Below are positions 38,885 through 52,254 of a stretch of DNA of 64,000 bases, piece by piece. This DNA is from Squalus acanthias. Lineage: Eukaryota. The stretch is taken from NCBI GenBank assembly GCA_030390025.1, contig CM059431.1, positions 122,824,001-122,888,000 of the forward strand, read 5' to 3'. The number at the start of each line of letters is the position of its first letter. Position 1 is the first letter of the stretch. The translations under genes and the position numbers were made by a program. Under the pieces are notes generated by a model. That model did not search any database, had not been told where the DNA came from, and saw nothing but the letters and a program-made list of their open reading frames with translations.

Positions 38885-39046
38885 GGTCTCCTAGCCAACC
38901 TCCCATCCTCCACCCTCTCTAAACTTCAGCTTATCCAAAACTCTACTGCCCGGATCCAATCACATGCCAAGTCCTGTTCACCTATCATTCCTGTCCTTGC
39001 TGACCTACGTGGTTCTGAGTCCTCCACCGCCTCCAATTTAAAAACC
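38885..39046 (+). mobile_element. L2 LINE fragment
   Basis: LPSSTLSKLQLIQNSTARI...SPIIPVLADL, the typical L2 ORF2 C-terminal motif. Confidence 0.8.
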
Positions 39047-39746
39047 TAGGCCGAGAAGTTGGGGATCGTTGGAAAACTGCCGGTAAAATTGGCGGCCAAG
39101 GATAGCGCATTTTAGTACTGCCTGCTCATTATCATCAGCGTGGTGGTGACTTGCTAGTGCAACGCGCTCTTTGCAGTGATAATCTCAGAAGGAGGCCAAA
39201 GGTCGCCTCTGCCTCCAGCTCGCAGTGTAGGGGAGCAGGGAAGAAAGGATCGATCCGAACAGTTGCTGTACGTGCTCCAAAAATATCAGCTGCCACCCGA
39301 TGTTTATCGATTTGTTGTTTGCTTATGACATGAATGCAGATAAAAGAGATTTTATCACAGATCATTTTCAATCGTTTCAATGGAGTTCACCCATTGATTT
39401 ACTGACCAACAAACACTGTAGGCCTCCCGGAAAGCTGCCAGAAAATGCAACTCCCCCCGCTCCCCCCACCCCACCGCCCCCCTTCCCCCAGAGGCGGGAT
39501 CTGAGCCGGGGGGTGGGGAGCGATAGCAGGTGCGAAATGTGGAAGATTGTGGGACGTGTGGGAATGTCCAATTTCAACATGGATGCCTCATTATCATTTT
39601 ACTGATGGGTTTCACGACGCCAGTGCCCATGAGTGAGCGCGATGCTCATCTGCATGACACAATTTCATGTCGACTCTTTAAAAGGCCAATGCACAAATGG
39701 CATTTTGAGGAGTTGGGAGAATTGTAGGAGAGAAATATAATTTGAG

Positions 39747-41855
39747 ATGGAGTCAGCAAGGGCAAAGGCTGTGTCCCATTTTAAGGAGGCATCCTTTGAT
39801 GTACCGCTGGGTGCTGTCAGGGCGAGGAAGGACGTCCTATTCCCCAGTAATGGAAAAAAAACCTGCTGCTGTAACGAAGAAGGAGATGACTGAAGAGGTG
39901 AGCAGCAGGAGTGTTGTGCTCAGGACATGGATTCAGTGCAGGAAGCAGTTTAATGACCTAACCAGGTAAGGAAAGGTGAGCAGAGTTGCAGATTCACCCA
40001 CATCCTATAGTACACCCATCCCCTCCTCCCCCACCCGCTCTGTCTTGTCAAGCGTACTCCATCAACAACAACAGCTTATATTTTTATAGTGCTTTTAACG
40101 TAATAAAATGGCCCAAGGTGCTTCACAGGATTGTTATCAAAAAAAACTGGCACCAAGCTATATAAGGTGATGTCAGGACAGGTGACCAAAAGTTTGGTCG
40201 TAGAGGTAGGTTTTAAGGAGCATCTTAAAGGAGGAAAGAGAAGTGGATTACATCACTCCTCACACCCACATCAGTTTCATCAGCACCCATCATTCCATTT
40301 CAATGCACTTCCTCACCTCCCTTTCCTCCATCCGCCACTACCACTCACCCCAATCCTTATGTAATGTGATACTACCTCGGTCAGCTCCCCCGATTCTCAG
40401 CACACATCCTCAAATGACACTAGCAACACATCCTGAAATGATTGACAGTGACACTCGTGATGCATCTGCCTGATCTCACCCTCACCGAATGCACTGCATC
40501 CATTGGATGCACACGTGCCTTACAGACACTCATATGTTTGTTGTGCCCCCCTTGCAGGAGAGCAGATCACATAATACAAGGGAGAGGGAGAGGACCGGAT
40601 GTGGGCCACCACAGATCATTGAGTTGACCACCTGCAGAGCAAGAGGACCTGGAGATAAATGGGATCTCAGCGTCCCTAAGCATTGGAGATGCCGAATCTT
40701 GGACTTCACTGCTGCATGGTGACTGCATTAAATATCTCCGACCCACATCTCATACAAGACTAAGTCATGTTGAAGTGATTTCAGAACCAAATGAGATATG
40801 ATCACCTTAATCATGTGAATTTCAACATTTTTACCTCCCCATGACTTAAACATATCGGTCTCTTATCTCCTCCAGGGCCATCACCTGTAGAACAGCAGTC
40901 CGTGCCCTTTGCGGACGACGTTTCCTCAGAGGAGCTAATTCCCTCTGAGGGTGCACCATCACAGGACACATGCTTACCAGGCGCCAGTGCAGATACTCAC
41001 ACTTCAGTGGGTCCAGTTAGACAGCTAGGTAGGTTCTCACATACTGAATCACAGTTCACAAGTGAGCACAAGCAGACAGCGGTGGTAGGGAGCTGTAGAG
41101 GGTCCACGTCGCTGGGCACAGTCCTCTCCAAGTTCTGTTCAGCTGGACAGAGATGCTGAAACTCGGGGGCCATCATTAAAAAGGAGAACAATAGAGGGTC
41201 AGCAGAAAAGGTACTGGCAGTCCTGCCAAGCAAATTTTCCGCAATATTATAGAGGATGGTGGCGTCCAGCTCAAACATTTGTGGATTGATGTCACAAGCC
41301 ATTGCGAGGATGTCTTCCACGGCCTCCTCCGTGGAGCTTGAATTGCTGTACACTAATCAGTCTCTGCAGGCCCTGACAGCCGTGCAAACTATGGGTGACA
41401 ACATGGCTGCTGTCTTAAACAGGATAACAGATACCTTAACCGTGGCCTTACAACGTGTCACTGGTTTGCTCCAAGCTGCTCTCCTGCAGAGTGGCAGAAG
41501 TGATGTGCCACTGTCCCAGGAGAGGGATGATGGCAAAAGGGAACATGGAAATGGGAACTCCACTCAAAGCACTCCCACTTCTCACCCTTTGCCGCCACCG
41601 CCCGCCCCTCCCCCTCCACCCCCGCCCCCGCCCAATGAGTAACCCACATGCTGCCTCCTCTCCGAATGGCCGAGTTTTCCCCATGCACAACAGTGTTTGG
41701 CAGGAACCTCACGGGCTCCAACACCCAGAGGTCGGCAGCCAAGAGCATCTCAGCAGACAGAGCAGGGATCGAAGCAGCCTGTCTCTGCCTCTGCTGAAGC
41801 CAGAGGGGTTGCACCACATAGGAGCAGTAGGGAAAGAAAAAGAAAAGCATTGTAA
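39747..41855 (+). pseudogene. Harbinger Myb/SANT-like gene; exons 39747-39975, 40558-40718, 40876-41855
   Basis: EEVSSRSVVLRTWIQCRKQFNDLTR; canonical AG/GT sites; exon 2 ESRSHNTRERERTGCGPP; stops and frameshifts. Confidence 0.85.
40065..40243 (-). mobile_element. L2-type 3' tail inserted in Myb intron 1
   Basis: caacaacaacagcttatatttttatagtgctttt...ccaaggtgcttcacagg...ggtgaccaaaagtttggtc. Confidence 0.75.
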
Positions 41856-42131
41856 TTCACCGAGAGAATGCACATGGGTCTTTATCAAAATATTGTGTTA
41901 GTAAGTTGAATTTGTTTATTCACATAAAATGTATTAATTTTACCACTTTCCCATGTTCACTATTCTTGCATGGCTAGTGCCAACTCAGGTTTCAGTTGCT
42001 TGGTAATGAATGTGAAGACATGAATTGACTGAGACCAATTGGATCAAGACTGCTTTGTGTAAGTGGGGAGGGGGGGCGGGGGCGGTGGGAGGGGCGGAGA
42101 TGTGATCGTTACTTTGGTCCAGTGTGAGTGA

Positions 42132-43332
42132 CTAACTGATCCTTCAAGCTATTAGGGCATCTCTGGCATCCCTGGCATCCTGAGCAACAATGTAATCGGC
42201 GGCTGGTCTGACGTTGGGGACCCCATCTTCCTCCTACTCCTCGTCCTCCTCCTATCCATTGGAATCCTCATCAGATGAAGAATGTTGAGTGGTTTGCTCC
42301 TCCTGCACCTCTAGTCCTCGCTGCTGCGCTATGTTGTGGAGAACGCAGCGCACCACGATTAACTTAGAGACCCTCACTGGCACATACTGAAGGTGCCTCC
42401 AGACCTGTCCAGGCACCTGAAGGGCATCTTGAACGTGCCAATGGCTTCCATGATCGCTTGATGGCACATCTGGTTGTCATATGGCTCACATTGTAGTGCT
42501 CTTTGTTTTCATTGGTGAGGTTCCTCAGAGGTTTCATCAGCCAGGTTTGAAGGGGGTATCCTTTGTCGCATAATAGCCAGGCCTTAAGAATGGTTTCAGG
42601 TGCGAGCAGGTTGAGGATGTTGGACTGCCGCAGTATGGAAGCATCATGGCAGCTCCAAGGGAATCTGCCACAGGCCTGCATGAACCTTTTCTTGTTGTTA
42701 CTCACCAACTGAACATTGATGGAAATACTTCCCATGCGCTTGATGAATATTCCTGCTTGCTGTGGTGGTGCTCAGATTGCCACGTGTATGCAATCAATGC
42801 CAACTCGCACCAGTGGGAAGCCAGCCAGAGACATGAACCTGAGTGCCCGCTCATTCTGACTAGTGTCATCACAGGGGAAGTTTACATAACTCCCAGCTCC
42901 GGCAAACAATCCACCTGCCTTAAGCATTTATGTGCAGCCAACTGCGATACCCTCAATATGTCTCTGGTAGCACCCTGGAAGGAACCAGGGGCAATAAAAT
43001 TGAGAGCAATGGTGTTCTTTTACAGCCACTGGTAATGCATGGCCACCAGGTCCAGCAGGTAGCAGGCCTTCTTCGAGGAGGCTGCAGATGTCTGAAGCTA
43101 CCTGACGTGACAATCTGACTTCGGAGTGCTGCTATTCCGAGAGGTCAAGGGAACTGAACTGCTATCGGTACACCCTGTTAGGTGGGTAGCGCATCCAGCG
43201 AACTCGACCCCTCTGTTACTCCTCTCTCTGTTGTCCACCTGCAGCTCCCTCCACAGCATATCCTTGCTGCTGCTGCTGCTGATTGCCTTCCTCATCTGAA
43301 GTCCAATCAAAAGCAGCCATGACACCACCCAT
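42132..43332 (-). pseudogene. HARBI1-like DDE transposase (DDE_Tnp_4 family), disrupted
   Basis: Motifs RYPPNRVYR, ALPVAVK, GSFQG, GIDCIHVAI, SINVQLV, FPWSCHDASIL, LCDKGYPL, YNVSHMTTR and CVLHN spread across frameshifts. Confidence 0.92.
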
Positions 43333-44989
43333 CCTGATGCTCTCTGTGTCAACACCTCCAAATAAGTCTCTCACAACAAATATTCTCACCAAACTGTTTA
43401 CCAGTGGGAACTGAGAAAGCAGCTGCGAGCACTGATCTTTTATCCATATCGGGACTCCTGACCGTTAACCATCCCATAAAGTGCCGTTCAATCTTGCCTC
43501 TGATTTACTGGCAAGTTTTGAAACCTGTGCTGGAGGCGTTCATTTCAAATTGCTGCCAAAATCTCAGGAAAGGAGGTGCATTGAAATATTCTAACGACAG
43601 GCCCACCTCTCCAGAGCAGGTTAGTGGATGCCACGATATCTGCCGCTGTTAAAATGGAAGCGGGCGCGCGTGTGGCGGGTTGGGGTCGCTTTTCGCAAAT
43701 TTGACAATTTAACCTCTCCAAACCCTCTCCTACCTGTCGTGGGGGTTAAAATTCCCTCTGTTACTTCTGAGAACACTGTGTGGGTGTTTCAGTCATCTGT
43801 AATATTTTAGCAGGGCCAGACTTGAGAATTACTGGAAGGCAGTTATCAATGTGTGCTAACATCACCAATTTTGCTGACTACACTGTTTTCTACTCCTCTT
43901 CTTCAACCTCTTTTACTATTATTGCTGTAATATGAGCCTCTTCTTTATCCTCCTTTAGTACTGCAAATGTAGGCAGCATGCAACAGACCATGATTATTTT
44001 GGCCACCTGTTATGGGCTATAAACAGAACCTTTACTTTAGCATCCCAATGGTGTGCTCTAGTGTGATTTTAGTTGAAGCATGTGCCTGATTATGCTTACA
44101 TTCCACTGCTATTTGGGGCTTTCTGACTGTAGTCATTAGCCATGGCTACAGAGAATAGACCTTGCCTCCGAATAGTCATCTATACAGTTTTTATGAACCA
44201 TCAAATACTGGAGGCACTATAGACAGCCATATAATGAATGCATCATGGATGCTTCTTGGATAACTGGCATTTACTTATATCATGATTTTTCTGTTAGACA
44301 TTACCTCCACATTAACTGAATGGAAGCCCTGTCTGTTCATGGCCAATGAGGTTGATGTGAGGAGTCCTTGGGCTAAACATTGAGTAGCGCCCCAAATTTG
44401 GTAAGTCCTGAGAGGGGGGATTGCAGCAGGTTACAGGGAAAGGGGTTGATCATGACTCCTGTGGATTCGGAGGAGCACTGTTGCTCCAATGAAGGGTTTA
44501 TTATTTTTAGAACTGACTTACCCTTGAGATTAAAATTGGCTCCAATACCTTAGTGGCCATTGCACCTGAATTTAATAACCCCTCATTAATTCATCTCCAA
44601 ATAAATCGTAGAAAGAAAAAAGTAAGAAAGACTTGCATTTATATAGTGCCTTTCACGACCACCGGACGTCTCAAAGCGCTTTACAACCAATGAAGTACTT
44701 TTGGAGTGTAGACAATGCGTAGAGCATTATGCTAACTCCGAAAGGAATTCCCACTTGTTGGCTATAGCTTCATTGTAGCAGCAAGCAACAATAGAAAGTC
44801 TTCTAAAAAACATTATACAAAAATGATGCAATCGACAGCAACAGAAGTACTTGATTACCACAAGGGCTCAAGATACAAAATAGCCTTTGGCTAATACAAT
44901 GCAATAAAGCATCAGTGCTTCATAATCACAAAAAAGTTTGCAATCAAATTTTCCAACAGAAACTTAGCTTTAAGAATGAAACTTCAGCA

Positions 44990-46533
44990 GGCTAGCAAGG
45001 GCACAGAATGTACTCTGGGTGGGGGACTTCAATGTCCATCACCAAGAGTGGCTCGGTAGCACCACTACTGACCGAGCTGGCCGAGTCCTGAAGGACATAA
45101 CTGCCAGTCTGGGCCTGCGACAGGTGGTGAGAGAACCAACACGAGGGAGAAACCTACTTGACCTCATCCTCACCAATCTAACTGTCGCAGATGCATCTGT
45201 CCATGACATTATTGGTAGCAGTGACCAAGTCATTGTGGAGATGAAGTCCCGTCTTCACACTGAGGACACCCTCCATGGTGTTGTGTGGCACTACCACTGT
45301 GCTAAATGGGATAGATTCAGTACAGATCTAGCAGCTCAAAACTGGGCATCCGTGAGGCGCTGTGGGCCATCAGCAGCAGCAGAATTGTATTCCACCACAA
45401 GCTGTAACCTCATGGCCTGGCATATACATCACTCTACCATTACCATCAAGCCAGGGGGCCAACCCTGGTACAATAAGGAGTGTAGAAGAGCATGCCAGGA
45501 GCAGCACCAGGCATACCTAAAAATGAGGTGCCAACCTGGGGAAGCTGCAACACAGGACTACATGTATGCTAACAAGCGGAAGCAGCATGCTATAGACAGG
45601 GCTAAGCGATCCCACAATCAATGGATCAGATCAAAGTTCTGGCGTCCTGCCACATCCAGTCATGAATGGTGGTGGACCATTAAACAACTAACGGGAGGAG
45701 GAGGCTCCATGAATATCCCCATCCTCAATGATGGTGGAGCCCAGCATGTGAGTGCAAAAGACAAGGCTGAAACATTTGCAACCATCTTCAGCCAGAAGTG
45801 CTGAGTGGATGATCCATATCAGCCTACTCTTGAGGTCCCCACCATCACAGAAGCCAGTCTTCAGCCAATTCGATTAATTCCACGTGATATCAAGAAACGG
45901 CTGAGCTCACTGGATACAGCAAAGGCTATGGGCCCCGACAACATCCCGGCTATCGTGCTGAAGACTTGTCCTCCAGAACTAGCCACACCTCTAGCCAAAT
46001 TGTTCCAGTACAGCATCTCTCCGACAATGTGCAAAACTGCCCAAGTATATCCTGTCCACAAACAGCAGGGCAAATGCAACCCGACCAATTACCGCCCCAT
46101 CAGTCTACTCTCAATCATCAGCAAAGTGATGTAAACTGTCATCGAAAGTGCTATCAAGCAGCACTTACTCACCAATGACCTACTCACCGATGCCCAGTTT
46201 GGGTTCCGCCAAGATCACTCGGCTCCCGACCTCATTACAGCCTGGTCCAAACATGGACAAAGGAGCTGAATTCCAGAGGTGAGATGAGAGTGACTGCCCT
46301 TGACATCAAGGCGGCACTTGACTGAGTGTGGCATCAAGGAGCCCTAGTAAAACTGAAGTCAATGGGAATCGGGGGGTCAACGCTCCACTGGCTGGAGTCA
46401 TACCTAGCACAAAGGAAGATGGTTGTGATGGTTGAAGGTCAATCACCACCACATTCTCGAGGGCAATTAGGATGGGCAATAAATGCTGGCATTGCCAGCG
46501 ACGCCCACATCCCATAAACGAATTAAAAAAAAA
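44990..46533 (+). mobile_element. Non-LTR retrotransposon of a second CR1-group family (endonuclease end plus RT start; internal deletion to the 3' tail)
   Basis: GDFNVHHQEWLGS, PTRGRNLLDLILTN, KAMGPDNIP, NYRPISLLSIISK, QFGFR and LDIKAA. After about 46444 it jumps to the 3' UTR and A-rich tail. Confidence 0.92.
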
Positions 46534-49500
46534 TTATAACGATTGTAGCACTGGTCTGTGTACCCAGTCTCGCACCTCTTGCATTTCACCTTCAGAAACT
46601 TCCAAAATAGGAGCTATATTATCTAACCTATTTTGATTTACCTATTTGTGCAGTATCTGTTAAATGCAATCTTTCACTTTTTTTTAATCAAGCTGTAATT
46701 TGTATATTTAATATTGACATAAAAAATCTTCCTTTGAGTGCAAAATGCGACCTTTACTTGGCTACCTGTCCATCCCTGTAAACATTGAAGTATATATTTT
46801 CTAACTCCCAGCAACAACTGCAGTGGGATGTTACCATGGTACCAGTATTCACTAGCTTGGAATGATTTACTGTAAAAGCACTTATCCTCTCACTTAGATT
46901 TATAAAAGGTCAGTCTCCTGTCAGTAAAATGTAATTGAAGATTTATAAGTCTAGATAATTGAACTACACTGACTAATAAAATGAAGGCATTATACAAAAT
47001 CACCACACACTGGCATGACTTAAAGGTAATCTCAGAGGACACAGGTGGTTCAGCTGTGTTTTGGATCCTAGATTCTTACCCGATATTCCAAAATGGCTTG
47101 CTGATTGGCTTTCAGAGGATTAAAAGGATCTAACAGAAAATGAGTTTGTGTGTTGCTCATCCCTGTGGGAGGCGATTCACAGGATTGACATGCTGTCAGT
47201 GGCCAGCTATAAATCCTACTTTTGAAGGTACAGGACTTACAGTCATACGGGACATGGTGGAGGTGTTTAATAAAACAACTACACACCAAAGTTTTAGAAG
47301 AGACAACACATTGTTTTTAAGTGGGAAAAATAACGTAGGGGACAACTTAGCAACTGACAGTGTTCCACTTCAACTGATTACTATTCCTAAGTGTCTGATT
47401 TGAAAGTATTTGATTACCACAAGGCCCCAAGATACAAAATCGCCTTTGGCTAAGCTCAGATTTCCCTTTAGAACCCAGCTATTCTGTTTGAAATGGCTAC
47501 ATGCATTGTAGACTACAATGAAAATCAATAGTGAAAAGATGTACTATTACGGTTTTTGAATTCAAACATTACCTCATATGTGATTTATTTTACAAAATGT
47601 GCTAGTATCTGAAAAGGTCGAGTGCTTTATTCCCATTCAGCCACACATTTGTTACATCACAATTGAAATATGATTTTCATCTATTAAGCTGCCTGTTGTT
47701 AATCCCACAATAATTGTTTGTGCTGTAATATTTTGGTAATACTAATGGATCTCCCGCTGTGTTGCTCATGGTAATCAGTTGACATACTGCTTTATAAGGA
47801 TGTGAGTGCTATACATGCAAAGTACAATGGGGATAATTTTGACTTTGTGCAATAGTGTAAAACAGGCAATAGCGAATCGGCAGCCCATTTTATATCTCTC
47901 CAGAGTTTACAATGTCAACTAAGTCGCTTATTGAAGTACTGACTCATGTGGGGGATAACAGAAAGAGAGCAAAAGCTTCCCCAGATTTAGAAAGATAAAA
48001 ATCAGACATCAAAGGTTACTCTTGCACATCCCCCTGCAGTTGGGTGCAGATGACACTTTTCATTGTATTTCAAGTAATCTGATATACAGTGAGTCACAGC
48101 GTTAGTATTTCGGTACAATTCTAGTCTTACTGGGTCTGACCAGCTTAAAAATAAAGCAATTTAAAAAATAATGTAGACAATGGTAATTGCTATTCATCAT
48201 TAAATGCATAAGATTAATAAGTTTGGTGATTGCAGCTAAGTGACCGCACATCACATATCTTAATTCATAGCTAAAATGCTGATATAATTTTCTGAAAATG
48301 AAGATTGATAGCCTTACAGCAGACTGCTTACTCATCTTGGCACAGAGAATTATTCGTACCATGGGAGGAATTGAAAGGAATGGAAAATAACAAACTTCAG
48401 AACAGAGGACCGAAGATTCTCAGCACTGGCAGTGTTTACTTTCTAAATAAACAAATCAAATGCAATTTTAATTCGTTACACTGAAACTTTGCTCCAAAGA
48501 TACGATGTTACCTTTGGCGAAACTTCCAAAGATGTTACTGGACTAATTCCCCCTCAGTTGCTTTTCCAAAATGGATGAGTTGTTCCAGGATGCATTGTCA
48601 CACTTATTTTTGTATGATCATTTTCATAATTTCCCACATACATCACAGCTGTGGAATGTGTTGACTTCATCCATTTTCCAAGAGATTACAAATGACATTC
48701 ATTCAGAAATTAAGTGGCAGACCTTCATCCTTTCATTTACGAATAAGAGCATGGCAGGATGAAAACACTTATCACAGATTTGGACACAAGGGAGCCAAAT
48801 TGCCTCTGGGCCTGCTCTGCCAATAGAAGTCTGGTGAGGTGGAACTCCTGGCCATCCATTGATTGCGCCCTGACCCTGCCCCACTTCCGCTGGGCACCGT
48901 GCCATTTACAGCACTGGTGGGGCACCTACTTGGGGAAAAGGAAGTAGTTGCATCATAAAGGTGCAGGGAGGGCCATGAGAACAGAAATAACATTTTCTTA
49001 AATCCTCACTTCCGAGTACTGCCAGCTTAGGTAATGCAATCAATCACGATGTTATCGAGGGGATTGCCAAAAACAGTATTTTACATTTAATTTCCTCCTC
49101 TGAAACCTTAGTAAGGCTGGCACCATGGGCAACATCATATGCCTGTCCACACTTCCACTGGATTTTTGCCAGGCTTTAAAAGGGGCAGGGACTCAGTATA
49201 ACCAGGTATCACTCCTAATTCTGTCCCAATGATTTTCCATCCATTAAAATGAATAGACAGAAAATAATGAGCAGCTTCAGGAATTAAGGATTAATCTCCA
49301 GGACATTGCTACGAGCAACCCAGGAGAAAAGTCATAGGGACATTAAAAAAATGTGTGTGTGATTTTTTTTCATTTTCTTTGAACATTTATTACTTTTAAA
49401 AATATTGGAGATGGGATAAAAAGGCTGTTTGACTGAGAGTGCAGCATCATTCAGTTGGGTAATTAAGAGTCTGTTTGCTTTCCAATTGGTGCGGGAAGGC

Positions 49501-50828
49501 GGAAACGCAGCGAGGATTGGCAGGTCAGGCGACCAATGATCGCTTGCCTCTCCAGCAGCGTCTAAAGGCAACTCTCGGAAGTGGGCGGGGGGTTGACGAT
49601 TACAACTGTGGGGACGGCGTTGCAGCTCTGTTCCTTCTGCCTCCACTGGAAGGTTTCTTTTTAACTTTCAATTTTTTTTTGAAAACTTACACTCGTTGGT
49701 GGCCGCAGAGGCTGATGAAGAATTCTGAACGGGGCAAGCCTCGCACCTGTTCTGTTCATTGTAAGCAAATGTTCCAGCGCAGCCCGGGACGCCTAAAAAA
49801 TAGGCCCAACGAATATAGTAGTAGCCCAACGTACGCGCAGATTGGGCGCAAGCTGTCCCACTGCTAAATTTGTCAACTTTAAGTTCGTTATATGCCTGGA
49901 AAAGGGCGCAAAGCATACCCATTTCGACCGCGTTATCTTTTTTTTTCACACACACGCACACGCAACATGCAGTGTTAGCAAGGAATCAGTACTTCTGTGA
50001 ATTATAACCTCAGTCAAATTACTTCATGCTACTTCAAGAGACTCTGTCCTATTAATATTGTCCCCAAGCTAAATGGTTATCAGTCGGGAAAATAATTGTA
50101 ATGCAGCATACTGCTAATTTTGCTCTTGTATCATACCAGTCCATAGAGCCAGTGAGAGGAATTATCAAAACATCAGCGACATTGCAAGTAATACAATGTT
50201 ATAGCATAATTTTAACTCCAGATCAAGGGCAATACAACCTGGGGACATTATAAATCTAGAAACTTTCATTTTCCATTTACAGTTCTGCCAACTTCAAAAC
50301 ACTGAAGAATCTTATGTTGTCACTTTGCCACGTCACTGTATTGGGTATGAAAAGGGGCACCATTTGTACAGAAACGTTCCTAGAGGTTTAAAAATACAGC
50401 TCTTACTTGGTTATTTTTTGATGAACATAAAACAAGTGTTTTTATTAAAAAAAGAACATGAGCAATCACATCTTCCACAGGCACTGCAGGAATATATTGT
50501 GAACACTTGAAATAATGTATTCTAAATGAAAGGAATGCAAACCTTGGCGGTAAAAAGCAATTCCTCCTAATTAATAGAACCCAACCATGTTATAAATTGA
50601 CTTTTAATATTATCTTCTCTTTGTAGTGAGAAATTGAGGTGAGGGGGTAAGGACCATTGCTCAGATACCACAACAGCTGAAAAGAGTAGCAGAAAAGACA
50701 AGGTAAATTAAGAAGTAATGATATAGGTACCAAGCTGGTATTTCAAAATACTGAAGATGTAGGAGGGAGAAAACATTGAGGGAAGTAAGGTGTCCCATTG
50801 TATTCCTGTACACTTTAGAGGATCATTG

Positions 50829-51335
50829 TTTTTTATTCATTCCTGGGATGTGGGCGTCGCTGGCATTTATTGCCCATCCCTAATTGCCCTTGAGAGGTGG
50901 TGGTGAGCCACCTTGTTGAACCACTGCAGTCAGTGTGGTGAAGGTACTCCCACAGTGCTGTTAGGGAGGGAGTTCCAGGATTTTGACCCAGCGACGATAA
51001 AGGAACGGCAATATATTTCCAAGTCAGGATGGTGCGTGACTTGGAGGGGAACTTGGAGGTGATGCTGTTCCCATGCGCCTGCAGCATTTGTCCTTCTAGG
51101 TGGTAGAGGTTGCGAGCTTGGGAGGTACTGTCGAAGAAACCTTGGTGAGTTGCTGCAGTGCATCTTGTAGATGGTACAAACTGCAGCCACGGTGCGCCGG
51201 TGGTGGAGGGAGTTAATGTTTAAGGTAATGGATCAGATGCCAATCAAGCGGGCTGCTTTGTCCTGGACGGTGTCGAGCTTCTTGAGTATTGTTAGAGCTG
51301 CACTCATTCAGGCAAGTGGAGAGTATTCCATCATA
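50829..51335 (-). mobile_element. 3' end of the same LINE family as 44990-46533
   Basis: The 3' tail gggatgtgggcgtcgctggc...atttattgcccatccctaattgccct is the reverse complement of 46459-46515; frame reads SFIVAGSKSWNSLP. Confidence 0.9.
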
Positions 51336-51789
51336 TTGTCTTGCAATGCGTACTTGCAGCTGGTTGGAATCTTTGGCTAAATCATAATTCAATACTTGCT
51401 GTAAACCAGATTGAAATATAATCAGAGCTTGACATTACAGGGTAGATTCCTTCACAGGAGTTACTGCAGTTGTGGGTGAGAAATTGCTTCAAAGCTATTC
51501 CGCTGGCTATATGTTATTCCCACCACTACTGGTATTTCTCACCAGAAACGATGGGGGGCATACAATATATATCCACCAATATATGAGTCGGCATATTAAA
51601 ATAATATGTAAATTACGTAAATACATTACCCAAAGTATATTCTGTCATTTGCTACTTCTTTGCCTGATCTGAAGGAAAAGGGATACTTGTCATTGTGGGT
51701 TACTCTTCTGTATATTTATTAAAATTATTTTTTCAGAAACAGTAAAAACACATAAAAGTGAGCTAATCAAACAGTATTGTAAATGGTGA

Positions 51790-52130
51790 AGCAAAAACAG
51801 AAACACTCAACGGGTGTAATTTTGACCTTGAGCAATAGCAAATCAGCAACCCATTTTACATCTCTCCCCATTTTTATTTCCTTTGCCGATAATGGAAATA
51901 AAAATCAGGAGAGATGTGAAACAGGTTACTGATTCTCTATCACCCATGTTACACTATCGCACAAAGTGAAAATTACCAGCAACATCTTTGGACAAAACAG
52001 TCTATTGAACGTTCTGAGTGCAACCCTTCATCAGAACTGAGGAGAAAAATTGGAAAATAAACAGCATTTCAAGAGGAACAGAACAAAGGGAAGGGGAGGA
52101 AAAACAGGCACGTCCACACAAGAGGAGGTA
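51790..52130 (-). mobile_element. Older Penelope-type terminal repeat, split by a fold-back MITE
   Basis: agcaaaaacagaaacactcaac...aacatctttgga...aacgttctgagtgcaacccttcatcagaactg is homologous to 7869-7998. Confidence 0.55.
51812..51980. mobile_element. Fold-back MITE, TSD AAC; half copy at 47829-47902
   Basis: AAC at 51809-51811 and 51981-51983. Arms acatctctccccatttttatttcc / ggaaataaaaatcaggagagatgt. Confidence 0.8.
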
Positions 52131-52254
52131 TGGGTACAATGACCTGTAATATGCTGAAGCAAAGGCTGGAAATTATTAATTGACTGAAGTAATATTAACA
52201 TGAGATGACAGGAGGAAGCATAATAAAAGAAATTAAAGACATAATAGAGACAAA

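Larger units (their letters stand above)
39490..43757. mobile_element. Two-gene PIF/Harbinger transposon (decayed autonomous-type element)
   Basis: Convergent Myb/SANT gene (+) and DDE transposase (-). Right terminus gggggttaaaattccc; left boundary approximate. Confidence 0.9.

Noticed and set aside
41590..42100. C- and G-runs as functional G-quadruplexes
   Set aside because: Homopolymer-like expansions occur in many TE copies here, with nothing to indicate function.
42132..43332. Domesticated HARBI1 or NAIF1 host genes
   Set aside because: Multiple frameshifts and stops, transposon termini and many related copies show these are TE relics, so no gene symbols were given.
47080..47129. ILEYR as a family A DNA polymerase (POLN-like) motif
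   Set aside because: Upstream residues do not match the HPLP.IILEYR context, and no other polymerase exons were found.
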